Below the pieces are notes generated by a model, which saw only the letters and a program-made list of their open reading frames with translations, was not told the origin of the DNA and searched no databases. A stretch of 64,000 bases of DNA from the NCBI GenBank assembly GCA_041666325.1, contig JBAYHC010000001.1, positions 393,708-457,707 of the forward strand. Reading direction: 5' to 3'. This DNA is from Patescibacteria group bacterium. Its GTDB lineage: Bacteria; Patescibacteriota; UBA1384; XYA2-FULL-43-10; 1-14-0-10-43-13. The position numbers and the translations under genes were made by a program. Shown here piece by piece: positions 9,812 to 19,854 of the stretch. Position 1 is the stretch's first letter. Every line of letters starts with the position of its first letter.

Positions 9812-10504
9812 ATGCAATTTTTCCAACGGCATTTGTTCATTTTTTTAATATTATTGGCGCTAGTTATAAGCGTTGTGGTTTTTACCAAAAAAAATCAACC
9901 GACCACGTCCCAACAAGATCAGCAAAACCAGCTCTCCCCTCAGCCCCAAAATGAAATCAAGGATGAAACAATAGCGCCGCCAAAATCCAGCCTCGTCGAG
10001 CCAACGCCAAACTTCATAGCAAGGATCACCAAAAAACCATTCGGCATCTATGTCACTCCTCGCGATTCACCAGTTGCGCCAGAGCATTTTACCGGCTATC
10101 ACACAGGGGCCGACTCCGAATATGACGACGTAGCGAGCGATGTAGTGGTGAACTCAATTGCTGATGGTGAGGTAGTGCTTTCTCGAACAGCACAGGGTTA
10201 TGGCGGAGTTATGGTAATTCGCCACCTTATCAATCATAATAATTATCTCGTTTTGTATGGCCATCTTGAGCCGAAGAGCATGCTCCAATCAGGACAGAAG
10301 GTATCAAAGGGAGACAAGATTGGAATTTTGGGAGATGCTTTCACGAGTGAAACGGACAACGAGAGAAAGCATCTTCATCTTGCGATCTTGAAGGGAGAGA
10401 GAGTCGATCTGCGCGGATATGTTCAAGATCAATCTCAGCTGGACGGATGGTATAACCCAAAAGATTTTCTTGAAGAGAACTTTGATGGTAGAATTGCTAA
10501 GTAA
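9812..10504 (+). CDS. M23 family metallopeptidase, N-terminally anchored
   Basis: YHTGAD (HxxxD), LYGHL and HLH zinc motifs. Confidence 0.9.
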   Translation: MQFFQRHLFIFLILLALVISVVVFTKKNQPTTSQQDQQNQLSPQPQNEIKDETIAPPKSSLVEPTPNFIARITKKPFGIYVTPRDSPVAPEHFTGYHTGADSEYDDVASDVVVNSIADGEVVLSRTAQGYGGVMVIRHLINHNNYLVLYGHLEPKSMLQSGQKVSKGDKIGILGDAFTSETDNERKHLHLAILKGERVDLRGYVQDQSQLDGWYNPKDFLEENFDGRIAK

Positions 10505-10530
10505 GTACCCAACTAACAAGGTTTAGTACT

Positions 10531-11118
10531 ATGAGCGTCGCACTGGACAAACTCGCATTGATAGTATCTGCAATCACCAGCCCATTTTTAGTTGTATCGT
10601 TTTTCTGTCTACTCATGGTTAGGCGCTACTCAACCACCCCAGAAGAGATGCTACTGTGGGGTAGCACCTTCATCGCCATTTCAATAATAATTCCGCTCGC
10701 CTACATCTTTCGCGAGGTTAGAGCTGGTCGAATCAGCGACATGCACATCAGAATAAGAGAGCAACGAATAAAACCGTTTTTGGTTTCGATCGGAAGCACT
10801 CTGATGCTCCTGGTAATTTACTATACTCTAGGTGTGCCCAGGGAGCTGCTTGCCATGCTAGCAGCAATATTGGCTAATGGTATAATTTTTCTCTTTATCA
10901 CGCGTTATTGGAAGGCAAGCATTCATCTTGCGGCACTTGCCGGCACGATCACGATGACATCGCTCCTGGTTGATCAGAAAATAACCCTTATTTTTGTTCT
11001 CTTGCCCATCGTCGCTTGGGCCAGAATGCGACGAAATCGACATACGCTCTGGCAAACAGCAGTGGGAAGCTTGATCTCGCTCGGAGTCACCTTCATAATC
11101 ATAAGAACCTTCCAGTAA
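10531..11118 (+). CDS. PAP2-like integral membrane protein
   Basis: About 6-7 TM helices; KASIH and WARMRRNRHT motifs. Confidence 0.65.
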   Translation: MSVALDKLALIVSAITSPFLVVSFFCLLMVRRYSTTPEEMLLWGSTFIAISIIIPLAYIFREVRAGRISDMHIRIREQRIKPFLVSIGSTLMLLVIYYTLGVPRELLAMLAAILANGIIFLFITRYWKASIHLAALAGTITMTSLLVDQKITLIFVLLPIVAWARMRRNRHTLWQTAVGSLISLGVTFIIIRTFQ

Positions 11119-11139
11119 TAATTGCACTTGGGAAGTTAT

Positions 11140-11949
11140 CTATGTAGAGATATCTCTTTTGGCAAAGCAAAGACCGCCGAGAGCTGTAAACAAAATGATA
11201 GTAGACCCGAATACCAACAGAGTTAGGCTGTCCACCCGGTTATCCATCAGCGCAGCGTTGGCATCAAAATAATGAAAGAAAGAAAAATACTTCAGATCGC
11301 CAAAATTATCTTTTAGATTGGCGACAAGGTTTAGAACATACATCCCCAAAATAATGCTGATCGAGACAAAATATACCCGGCCCTTTTCAGCAAATAGCGT
11401 CGAGGCAAACATTGCCAGGCTTAATATCGACCAACCGAAGAGAAACCCCACTAGCGCCATTTTGTGATAATTGGACAAGCTATAATCAAAGCCGTAGGCA
11501 GCAGCAAGCGGCACAGCAATATAAACAGAAACAAGCACGAAGACGGCCAGAGCAAAAAGACCGGAGAGATATTTGCCAAAAAAGATCTTTGTCCTTGATA
11601 TTGGCTGAGAGAGGAGGAGTTCGATAGTTCCTTTTTCGACCTCTCCAGCAATCGCGGCCCCGCCCCAACCGACCAACAGCGAGATAACCAAGATAGGCCA
11701 AGTGAAGGAGTATTGCTCCATCGCTAGGAAGTTCTCAAACTTGCTAAAGGCCAGGCCTGGCGATTCGATTCCGAATGCCTTCATCAGCTCAGGCGGATAC
11801 GCATCCATCAGCTCCTGGAGCTTCGCTCCCTGGGATTGTATCCCCGGGAACATTGAGGCATAAAGCCAAACCAGAAAAGCACCAATTACCACGAAAATAA
11901 TCAGTGATGTCAGTCTGTCTTTGATCGTCCGCCAAAATATTGCTACCAC
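11140..11949 (-). CDS. ABC-2 type transporter permease
   Basis: IAGEVEKGTIELLLSQPISR motif, 6 TM. Confidence 0.85.
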   Translation of the reverse strand: MVAIFWRTIKDRLTSLIIFVVIGAFLVWLYASMFPGIQSQGAKLQELMDAYPPELMKAFGIESPGLAFSKFENFLAMEQYSFTWPILVISLLVGWGGAAIAGEVEKGTIELLLSQPISRTKIFFGKYLSGLFALAVFVLVSVYIAVPLAAAYGFDYSLSNYHKMALVGFLFGWSILSLAMFASTLFAEKGRVYFVSISIILGMYVLNLVANLKDNFGDLKYFSFFHYFDANAALMDNRVDSLTLLVFGSTIILFTALGGLCFAKRDIST

Positions 11950-11951
11950 CG

Positions 11952-12824
11952 TTAGTCCTTCCTGTAAAACTCCATAAAGATATCCTCAAGGCTAGCTCTT
12001 TCTATCTCCAAATCTTTCAAGTCGTAGTGGCCAAGCTTTTTGACCAGTGGGTTAATATCTCCCCGGACATGTGCTTCGATCATATTTTCGCCAGTCTTCG
12101 TCACCGTCACTGTCTCGCCCAGATCCACTTCAACAGGTTGATTGAAAGAGGCTTTGACTTTATACAGCCTTTTGTTTTTAATGTTGTTAATCGTATCGAT
12201 CTCAACCATTGCTCCGTTTTTGATGATGCCAACCCGATCACACGCAAGCTCAACTTCATGAAGATAATGGGAGGACATAAAAATGGTTGCTCCTTCCTTC
12301 TTTGCCTCCAAGAGTAAGTCATAAACTGTATTTTGAAGCAGTGGATCAAGTCCGACAGTTGGCTCATCCAAAATAATCACTTTCGGCCGATGAGCGAGAG
12401 CAAGAATAAGGCCAAGCTTCTGTTTGTTGCCAGATGACAGATTCTTGGCCCTGACCTTAACATTGAAGTTCAATCTGTCAATTAATTTTGAGGCATCCGT
12501 CGCACAACCGCGGAGCTTCTTAACCAGATTGATGTGGTCCGCGCCAGTCCAGTTGCCATAGAGGCGCACATCACCGGAGAGGTAACCCACCTCCCTTTTG
12601 ACATCGACACTCTGACTAACAGAGTCCTTGCCCATAATTGTGATACTCCCGCTCGTTGGTCGAATAAAGTCAAGCAAACAACGGATAGTAGTCGTCTTAC
12701 CGGCGCCATTTGGTCCCAAAAAACCAAAGACCTCTCCCCTCTCAATCTCCAGGGAGACACCATTGACTGCGGCAACTTTGCCGTAATTCTTCTTGAGATC
12801 CTTTATGACAATCGTTTTCATCAT
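11952..12824 (-). CDS. ABC transporter ATP-binding protein
   Basis: Walker A GPNGAGKTT, LSSGNKQK, ILDEPT. Confidence 0.95.
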   Translation of the reverse strand: MMKTIVIKDLKKNYGKVAAVNGVSLEIERGEVFGFLGPNGAGKTTTIRCLLDFIRPTSGSITIMGKDSVSQSVDVKREVGYLSGDVRLYGNWTGADHINLVKKLRGCATDASKLIDRLNFNVKVRAKNLSSGNKQKLGLILALAHRPKVIILDEPTVGLDPLLQNTVYDLLLEAKKEGATIFMSSHYLHEVELACDRVGIIKNGAMVEIDTINNIKNKRLYKVKASFNQPVEVDLGETVTVTKTGENMIEAHVRGDINPLVKKLGHYDLKDLEIERASLEDIFMEFYRKD

Positions 12825-12902
12825 TTCTCATCATAACAAAAAAGGGTTCAAGCGAAAATATAGTTGTGATATAATTAGTTAAAGTTTACATTTGGAGGAG
12901 TC

Positions 12903-13178
12903 ATGTCAAAGATCGCCATCGTTTTAATCGTTCTATTTTCTTTCGCTGCCGGTTTCGGCGGCGGTTGGGTTTATGACCTAACACTGGGCAAGGAAACCGC
13001 CACGGTATCCACAACGACGGATACAGCAACTACCACTGGTACAACTGCTGCCAAAGCACAAACTCTTGAGGAGTGCCTGACCGAAGTCTGGGGTGCCGAC
13101 AAATACGCTGCCATCAGCGCCAACTCTAACTTGGCAACAACTGACGATAACTTGGCAGCTCTTAGGTGCTACAAGTAG
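12903..13178 (+). CDS. Small anchored/secreted protein with one Cys-pair repeat unit
   Basis: GGAGGAG RBS, hydrophobic N-terminus, Thr-rich linker, LEECLTEVWG...RCYK. Confidence 0.75.
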   Translation: MSKIAIVLIVLFSFAAGFGGGWVYDLTLGKETATVSTTTDTATTTGTTAAKAQTLEECLTEVWGADKYAAISANSNLATTDDNLAALRCYK

Positions 13179-13189
13179 AGATATTAAAA

Positions 13190-14680
13190 ATGCAAAAGTT
13201 AAAGCACAAAATGACAATTCAAATCTCAAAAACTCTTCTGGGTTGCACCATCCTTTTTCTGTCATTACTCGCTTCGAGACCAGCTTTCACTCTTGCAGAG
13301 AGCGACAACGCCGCCCTCGGACCGGAGCTGGCAGCATGCTTGAAAGAGAAGATGGGCGAAGAAACATACGGTGCTATTAAGTCGGGCGTCCGACAAGCCA
13401 CTTCTGACGAGAGCAAAAAGGGCGAAGAATGCTTTGCCAAATTTGGCTCACCGCTAAAGAAAAGTGGTCAAAAAAAATCAAAAGCCGAGTTCTCCGACAA
13501 AACCAAAACATGTCTTGCGCAGGCATTAGGCAGCGATTATGAAAGTAAGCTGCAAAATGCTGATAGCACAACAAGAGCCAAAGCCCAAAGTTGTTTCGGG
13601 TCTGAGGGAGATGAGAGTAAAAAAATTCCCGACTCCGTCAAGAAATGTGTTATCCAAAATGCCGGTGAGACCGAGGCGAATAAGATGTTTGCCGGAGAGA
13701 GACCGAGCGAAGATTCAGAGATCTACAAAAAACTCGACGGCGCAGGGTGCTTCAAAAGCTTCCAACATGGTGGCAGTAAGGGCAAGATGGAAGATGTGCC
13801 AGAGGAAAAACGCTCTTGTATTAAAAAGATTATGGGCGACGAAAACAACGAACCGACAGACGATCAGCGGCAACGTGTCGGAAAAGAATGCTTTGGCGGA
13901 CAAAAAGAGGGTGATTCTTCCCGGCAAAAGCTACCCTCCAATGTCGAAAGCTGCCTCAAGGAAAACGTTGGCTCTAGCTACAGGGACAAATCACCCGAGA
14001 CCATGTCTGCCGAAGAAAAAGATAAAGCGAGTGAGTGCTTCAGCAAAAACAACTTTCAACCGGAAGGATCAAACCCGAGAGGAAAGGCCCCGAGCATGTC
14101 GGAATCAACCAAGTCATGTGTTGAGGGCATAACCGGACAGTCTATCTCTGGCTCGATGAATTTCACTGACGATGTCAAAAACAAGATCAACAGTCAATGC
14201 TTCGGCGGCAAAGCCGACACAATAACCGGCGAGGGTGGAGCAAGGGGCAAGTCTCAAGACGAACAAAATAGCTGTGTCAGGAACATAGTCGGTGATAGTC
14301 CCGGCCCATACACCGGCACAATAATGGATCGCCTGAATACGGAGTGCTATACCGAGCAACAAACCGAAAAAAATGATAATCCGCGTGCCACGTCAGATAG
14401 TCAGGCTTGCGTTGCGCGTCTTTCTTCTGACACCTCTATCCAGATGTCATATGAAGAAAAACAAGCACAAATCAACAAAGAGTGTTTTTCCAATCTTAAT
14501 TACGGCAAGGCCAAAGACGAGGCTTATGATAGCGGCCAAACAGGTGGAGCCCCTGGCTCAAGCGAAAGAGGCAGCAGACCGGAAGAGTCAGCAAACAGGT
14601 CCAGGCCAGGCGGCTGCCAAGACGACGCTTGCGTTCAGCAATATTGCGCCGCCAATCCTGGCGCATGCGGCTCCCGCTAA
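13190..14680 (+). CDS. Secreted cysteine-repeat protein (8 C-x5-G...C-F/Y units plus a C-terminal PGGC..C..YC..NP..C domain)
   Basis: Signal peptide and regularly paired cysteines in the translation. Confidence 0.8.
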   Translation: MQKLKHKMTIQISKTLLGCTILFLSLLASRPAFTLAESDNAALGPELAACLKEKMGEETYGAIKSGVRQATSDESKKGEECFAKFGSPLKKSGQKKSKAEFSDKTKTCLAQALGSDYESKLQNADSTTRAKAQSCFGSEGDESKKIPDSVKKCVIQNAGETEANKMFAGERPSEDSEIYKKLDGAGCFKSFQHGGSKGKMEDVPEEKRSCIKKIMGDENNEPTDDQRQRVGKECFGGQKEGDSSRQKLPSNVESCLKENVGSSYRDKSPETMSAEEKDKASECFSKNNFQPEGSNPRGKAPSMSESTKSCVEGITGQSISGSMNFTDDVKNKINSQCFGGKADTITGEGGARGKSQDEQNSCVRNIVGDSPGPYTGTIMDRLNTECYTEQQTEKNDNPRATSDSQACVARLSSDTSIQMSYEEKQAQINKECFSNLNYGKAKDEAYDSGQTGGAPGSSERGSRPEESANRSRPGGCQDDACVQQYCAANPGACGSR

Positions 14681-14698
14681 CAATTCAATGTGACAAAC

Positions 14699-14730
14699 AA
14701 TCAAAAACCGCCTCAAGGCGGTTTTTGATT
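14699..14730. terminator. Rho-independent terminator
   Basis: Perfect inverted repeat aatcaaaaaccgcct-ca-aggcggtttttgatt. Confidence 0.85.
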
Positions 14731-14880
14731 ACCTGAGACAGGCATGGTCACCAACATACCCCTGACAAACATCCAAACCTGTACACGCCAGGCACAAGCT
14801 AGTGGAATCAGCAAAAAGACATCAACTAGACAATTGAAAAAAGTACTGCTAAAATTCTAGGGTAATTGACAAGGAGTACT

Positions 14881-16167
14881 ATGGAAATACTAAGAAATAT
14901 GTGGCGCCGCAAGTTTCGTACGTTTTTAACAATTTTCGGTATTACTATCGGAATTTTCGCTTTCACTGTCATGGGATCGATGGCACTCAAATTTCAGAAA
15001 ATGATTGATGGTGGCAAAAGGTATATCACTGGCCAGATCACAATTGTACCCAAAGGGTCCAACTTCATGGCTGGTGGAACAGGTACGCTCCCCGTCGATA
15101 CGCTAGAAAAAATTGCCAAGACAGAGGGAGTAGAGGCAGTTGGCTCCAGTGTCGAACTAGCCCTAGACGAACCGGACCCGGATAATCCAACCGGCGGCGG
15201 CTTCAATGTGGGTCCCCCACCAACTATTGAGGGAATGGATCTTAATTCCTCATACGAAAACCGCAACTGGAAAACTCTCGATGTCAAAGAGGGCCGCATG
15301 CTGAAGAAGGGCGACCCGGATGATGTTGTGGTCTATGGTTCAAGCGTGGCTATAGACAAAAAGGTTAAGGTTGGCGAAAAAACCAAGATTCGTGGCAAGG
15401 ATTTCACTGTTATAGGAATCCTCGAAAAAACAATGACGGGTCCCGACAGCTATGTCATGATGCCGATTAATCCTGCGAGAGAGCTCTACATCGAAGCAAA
15501 CCCATTCCTCAAATCCCTCAAGCAACAGGCCGACGAAGCTGCAAAAATATCCGACACCGCCCTGGCAAAATTGCCAAAGGAAACCCGAGATCAGTTGACC
15601 CAAGCCAAAACCTTCAAGATAGAAGATGTCTCAACCGCAGCTGCAGCATCGTGGAAGGACGGGTACGACTCAGATGAAGTTGCCACTAAAATCAAAGACA
15701 AGTACAAAGAACAGGTCATGGTCCTCTCGCCCAAGAAGATGGGTGAGGAAATCGATAAGGCCTCTGCTATCTTCTATTCTGTAATTCTCGGAAGTGCCAT
15801 GATGGCGCTTATCGTCGGCGGATTTTCCATCATCAATACCATGATCATGTCTATCTCCGAACGCACCAAAGAAATCGGCATCAAAAAGGCCATCGGCGCA
15901 TCCAATACCTCAATCGCCCTGGAGTACACGATAGAGGCAGGAATTATTGGATTAGTTGGTGGCCTCATCGGCATGGGAATAGGTGCCCTTGCTGCCAATG
16001 CGATTAATTCCAAAATGGCCGAAAAAGGTGCCGAGATATTTCTACTCGACTCTTGGTATCTTTCGGGCGTAGTCGCTTTCTCATTCATCCTGGGCATCTT
16101 GGCCGGCATCATACCTGCGATGCGCGCCTCTAAGATGAGAGTTGTCGAAGCTATCAGGGAGTTATAA
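14881..16167 (+). CDS. MacB/FtsX-type ABC transporter permease
   Basis: RTFLTIFGITIGI, SERTKEIGIKKAIGA, PAMRASKMRVVEAIR; AAGGAG RBS before 14881. Confidence 0.9.
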   Translation: MEILRNMWRRKFRTFLTIFGITIGIFAFTVMGSMALKFQKMIDGGKRYITGQITIVPKGSNFMAGGTGTLPVDTLEKIAKTEGVEAVGSSVELALDEPDPDNPTGGGFNVGPPPTIEGMDLNSSYENRNWKTLDVKEGRMLKKGDPDDVVVYGSSVAIDKKVKVGEKTKIRGKDFTVIGILEKTMTGPDSYVMMPINPARELYIEANPFLKSLKQQADEAAKISDTALAKLPKETRDQLTQAKTFKIEDVSTAAAASWKDGYDSDEVATKIKDKYKEQVMVLSPKKMGEEIDKASAIFYSVILGSAMMALIVGGFSIINTMIMSISERTKEIGIKKAIGASNTSIALEYTIEAGIIGLVGGLIGMGIGALAANAINSKMAEKGAEIFLLDSWYLSGVVAFSFILGILAGIIPAMRASKMRVVEAIREL

Positions 16168-16172
16168 TCAAG

Positions 16173-16850
16173 ATGAAAAAAACAATAATCGAAGCAAAAG
16201 GATTAACCAAATCCTACAAAATGTCCAAAAGAAACACGGTCCGTGCTCTCAACGGTGTTGATCTTGAGGTAAAAGAAGGAGACTTCTCGGCTATCATCGG
16301 CCCATCTGGCTGTGGCAAGTCAACATTGATGCACATCTTGGGCTTGCTTGACAAACCAGATGCCGGGACACTCAGAATCGATGATGTCGAAGCGCACAAG
16401 ATCAAGGAGAAGCACGCCAACAAGATCAGAGCCAAAAAGATTGGTTTCATATTCCAAGGATTTAACCTTATCCCAACCCTCACTGCACTAGAAAACGTAG
16501 TTCTCGCGGGAAAATATGGTGGACTTCGGCCACGATCTCGGAAACGAAGAGCGACTGAGCTCCTGGAACTTGTTGGGCTTGAGGGTCGAATGGACCACAA
16601 ACCAAATGAGCTTTCCGGCGGCCAGCAACAGCGTGTTGCCATCGCACGAGCTTTGATGAATAATCCGGCCGTTATCTTGGCCGATGAACCGACAGGAGAA
16701 CTTGATAGCAAAACTTCGATAGAAATTATTGAGATGCTGAAACGCCTGAACAAGGAGAACAATCAGACTTTTCTGATTGTTACCCATAATATGGAAGTTG
16801 CTGAATCTTGTAAAAAAATCATTAGACTCAGAGACGGCAAGAACGACTAG
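16173..16850 (+). CDS. ABC transporter ATP-binding protein (LolD/MacB type)
   Basis: [30 protein letters not shown]. Confidence 0.95.
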   Translation: MKKTIIEAKGLTKSYKMSKRNTVRALNGVDLEVKEGDFSAIIGPSGCGKSTLMHILGLLDKPDAGTLRIDDVEAHKIKEKHANKIRAKKIGFIFQGFNLIPTLTALENVVLAGKYGGLRPRSRKRRATELLELVGLEGRMDHKPNELSGGQQQRVAIARALMNNPAVILADEPTGELDSKTSIEIIEMLKRLNKENNQTFLIVTHNMEVAESCKKIIRLRDGKND

Positions 16851-16869
16851 CGATACTGATCTCGTTTGC

Positions 16870-16903
16870 AAACAAGATGGCTGGATTTAGCCATCTTGTT
16901 TTT
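16870..16903 (+). terminator. Rho-independent terminator
   Basis: aaacaagatggct-N6-agccatcttgttt then a T run. Confidence 0.8.
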
Positions 16904-16977
16904 GTTATCCGCCGCAATCTCGCATTCGGACAGCAAATATGCTATTCTCTCCTGGACAGAAGGGAGAAAACGATCTG

Positions 16978-17712
16978 ATGCCCAGCGTTTATAAGCTCGG
17001 TCTCCTACCTGGAGCCAGCGGCATTAGACTTTCGATGTCAGAGGAAGCGATAGCTTTCCTCAAGAAAAACTATAACACCGGTATTTCATACGCCAGTCTT
17101 CTCCAAAAAGACTTTGGCTTTAACACAACACTCTTGGTTCCTTTCGGCGGTGATAGGTTTGGCTATCATGGCGTACTGGAGTTCTGCCCGGAAGAAGAGT
17201 TCTCGGTCAAGGCTAGCTTCCACCAGGAACAGCCAATTAGCTATCTGTCGGCCTCGCTCTTCCTTCTCTTTAAGTGCCTTAACTTCACTCTACCCGATCT
17301 TGAGTTCACGCACGAACCAATCTGGACAGAGTTGAACTTTCGGCGTGGTGTGGGCGGCTATGAATTGCGTGCTGTCTACTCCGCGGATTTGCTCAGATGG
17401 GTCCACCAGAGATACGGGCACGAGAATGCAACTCAGATTCCAGAAATTTATCAAGCCATGCTCGCTGCGGGAAGAACTCTACACAGCAACAAATCAAGAG
17501 GCTGGGAGGGTTTCCTTCGCGCAGAGATCGTTGGCCAAGGTGGATTTTACCTTGTTTGCGACAGCAACTGCTGTTGTATGGGTGGACGAGCCGAGTTGGG
17601 TAAGTGTTTTCGAGCGGCAACCTGTAATTCTGATTGGTCAGTATCACAGTTAATATTCCTGATTGGCGTTGCAGCTATTTCCGAAGAATACCTCAAAAGT
17701 TTGGGGAATTAA
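16978..17712 (+). CDS. Hypothetical protein
   Basis: TGCTATTCT extended -10, AAGGGAG RBS, own terminator; Cys cluster CDSNCCC. Confidence 0.7.
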   Translation: MPSVYKLGLLPGASGIRLSMSEEAIAFLKKNYNTGISYASLLQKDFGFNTTLLVPFGGDRFGYHGVLEFCPEEEFSVKASFHQEQPISYLSASLFLLFKCLNFTLPDLEFTHEPIWTELNFRRGVGGYELRAVYSADLLRWVHQRYGHENATQIPEIYQAMLAAGRTLHSNKSRGWEGFLRAEIVGQGGFYLVCDSNCCCMGGRAELGKCFRAATCNSDWSVSQLIFLIGVAAISEEYLKSLGN

Positions 17713-17717
17713 CTTTC

Positions 17718-17743
17718 GATGCGGGCCGTCCCGCATCTTTTTT
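17718..17743 (+). terminator. Rho-independent terminator
   Basis: gatgcggg-ccgt-cccgcatc-tttttt. Confidence 0.85.
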
Positions 17744-17872
17744 GTTGACAAACAACACAACGGATAACACAATTAATTTCACCCAAGAACAGCGGCTCCA
17801 AATATCCCGCTTCTTGTTCCCTTGCTTCTTTTTCCAGCGATTACTAGTCACACTCAACAGAGGTGCCGCAGA

Positions 17873-18400
17873 TTAGGCTAGTTCTGCAATCGTCACAACA
17901 TAGTTCTTGCCATAGACCTTGGCGCATTTAGGGCAAGTGGTGTACCACATGTACCACTTTTCCCGACCTGAGCCTGTCGAAGGTTCCCGGCCTGAGTTTG
18001 CTGAAGATTTAATTTTCAAGTCTTTGCTGGCTAAATATTTTTTAAAATCATCACCCCATTTGCCAATCTCCCTGAAATCACCCTCATAGACCTTGCTGAG
18101 AAATTTTCCAGAGAGGGCAACATTCTCGGCACCAACGATTTCCTTGTCAACAGCCAAATAGATATCCATGTTCCATTTGGAGGTGTGATCAGAAAGACAA
18201 AGGCTGTCCGGTGTTTTTGCACTTGAGCCCTCAACCATCTTCATTAATTTGCTAATAGCACCGCCAAAATTAAGCGGCATGTACATAAATGTTTTAACTT
18301 TTCCCCTAATAAACTTCTTGTTCTCCCACTCAAACGTCTTTTCATCCCAGGGCTTGGGATCAAACCGTGGGCAACAGCCGGTCTCTGTTATCTCGGTCAT
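17873..18400 (-). CDS. Conserved hypothetical protein (GyrI-like fold) carrying a 16-aa in-frame repeat insertion
   Basis: GCCPRFDPKPWD N-terminus, KVYEG and YTTCPKCAKVYGKNYVV C-terminus. Confidence 0.7.
   Translation of the reverse strand: MTEITETGCCPRFDPKPWDEKTFEWENKKFIRGKVKTFMYMPLNFGGAISKLMKMVEGSSAKTPDSLCLSDHTSKWNMDIYLAVDKEIVGAENVALSGKFLSKVYEGDFREIGKWGDDFKKYLASKDLKIKSSANSGREPSTGSGREKWYMWYTTCPKCAKVYGKNYVVTIAELA
17961..18008. repeat. Two tandem 24-nt REP-like palindromic units inside a CDS
   Basis: tcccgacctgagcctgtcgaaggt and tcccggcctgagtttgctgaagat encode PSTGSGRE and SSANSGRE; the core matches intergenic ccttcgacaagctcagg near 27669. Confidence 0.75.
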
Positions 18401-18482
18401 TGGAATCTCCGTTTAAGACACTTCGATCACCTACTGAGTCTTTTTTAATAATTTTCGTCAGACCTCCGTTTTGCTCCTACGC

Positions 18483-19073
18483 TTATTTACTTAAGCGTTT
18501 GTACAAATAAACATCGGCAAGCCAGACTACTGGAATTGCCACAAAGATGCCAATGCCAAGTGCCAACAAGCCCAGAATTAGCACTACAAACACAGCAAGC
18601 ATAAACCAGAACAACGATAATTTCACACCCTGTGTGATTCTTGAGCTCTCGCTCATTGCTTCAATGACACCAAGATCTTTGTCGACAATAAAGTTCATAG
18701 CAAATTGATACCGAAGGGAGAGATAAATTCCAGGGATGACCAGAAGTATAAATCCAATCACGACGATTAATCCCAAGAGCAAGGTAAGTCCCAAAATTCG
18801 CCAAAAATACCGAAATTGTTTAAATAGTTCACTAAATGGTAGTTTTTTGCCATCATAGTAGGACAGTAAGAGCTTCAGATACCCGGCGGTCATCCAGCTC
18901 GAGAGAAGCAAAGCAATAATATTTCTAAGACCAGGATCAATGCCGCGGCTATTCCCAATCCCACTGATCACTGTCACCACGAGAGCGAGCCCCGTGAAGT
19001 ACCAAAACTCTTTCTTCACGTTCTCCCAGCCATAGCTTATGGCTTTACCGACATCAACTTTATTTTCTGCCAT
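18483..19073 (-). CDS. Integral membrane protein (DUF975-like)
   Basis: GFILLVIPGIY and EAMSESSRITQG motifs; GGAGG RBS before MAENKV. Confidence 0.75.
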   Translation of the reverse strand: MAENKVDVGKAISYGWENVKKEFWYFTGLALVVTVISGIGNSRGIDPGLRNIIALLLSSWMTAGYLKLLLSYYDGKKLPFSELFKQFRYFWRILGLTLLLGLIVVIGFILLVIPGIYLSLRYQFAMNFIVDKDLGVIEAMSESSRITQGVKLSLFWFMLAVFVVLILGLLALGIGIFVAIPVVWLADVYLYKRLSK

Positions 19074-19098
19074 CTCTCTTTCCTCCAGAGTTAATTTT

Positions 19099-19458
19099 TT
19101 ATCTGCTATTGCTTTCTTGTATCCTAAACATAATGATCTTTTTGATGAGTTCCAGCGGTATTGTCTCATTGAGCGGAAACTGAATTGACCCTTTGGCGTG
19201 TTTGTATCTGGTGAGTTCGTCTTTAAATGCTTCGATAACGTGGGGCAACGGATAGAAACCGGTGTGATTTTTAAACGCCGCAAAATAAGCCAGAGGCTTG
19301 CCATTCAGCTTGTAGGCCGGCATCCCATAAGCAATCGACTCTTCTGCTGCCGGTGCTGTCTCTTTGATAACTTTGCGAACGTCAGCTAGCACTTTCTGTA
19401 TTTCCTGAGGAAATGAGCCAATGTATCGATCAACCGTTTGCAATGATTTATTGTCCAT
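19099..19458 (-). CDS. DUF1801/YdhG-like protein
   Basis: VDRYI..FP, ESIAYGMPAY, YFAAFKNH, KGSIQFP. Confidence 0.85.
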   Translation of the reverse strand: MDNKSLQTVDRYIGSFPQEIQKVLADVRKVIKETAPAAEESIAYGMPAYKLNGKPLAYFAAFKNHTGFYPLPHVIEAFKDELTRYKHAKGSIQFPLNETIPLELIKKIIMFRIQESNSR

Positions 19459-19479
19459 TTTTAATTTGCCTGCTCAGTC

Positions 19480-19653
19480 TTACTTATGGTTTTTTAGCAT
19501 TGCGCCGCCATGCATCATGATACCAAGCACAATGATCCAGGCGGCATAGGAGCTGAAGGTCTCGCCGGAATAAGCACCAAGGCCGAAGCCCAGAATTCCA
19601 GCTCCCAACAGTGATATTAAGTTGATAAAATAGGTACCAGTGTCTTTCTTCAT
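19480..19653 (-). CDS. Small 2-TM membrane protein
   Basis: AAGGAG RBS, MKKDTG..GAGILGFGLG..MMHGG. Confidence 0.6.
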   Translation of the reverse strand: MKKDTGTYFINLISLLGAGILGFGLGAYSGETFSSYAAWIIVLGIMMHGGAMLKNHK

Positions 19654-19669
19654 TGAACTCCTTCGATGC

Positions 19670-19765
19670 TTAAATGGCTTTGATTGCAATATAGACAAGG
19701 ATACTAGCCATGATTACCCAGCACAGCCACCAGAGAACTTTTTGATAGGTTGGTTTTTTGTTCAG
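19670..19765 (-). CDS. Putative 31-aa single-TM peptide with CTG start
   Basis: GGGAGG-aaat-CTG then NKKPTYQKVLWWLCWVIMASILVYIAIKAI*. Confidence 0.35.
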   Translation of the reverse strand: MNKKPTYQKVLWWLCWVIMASILVYIAIKAI

Positions 19766-19854
19766 ATTTCCTCCCGCTTAAATTATCTGGCTTTACTCTA
19801 ATTATGTTGACTTGCCTGCCCCAAACACAAGCAAACAAAAACTCAATAATCACA

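Noticed and set aside
19074-19304. N-terminal extension of ORF 18483..19304
   Set aside because: Overlaps the DUF1801 gene; GGAGG supports a start at 19073.
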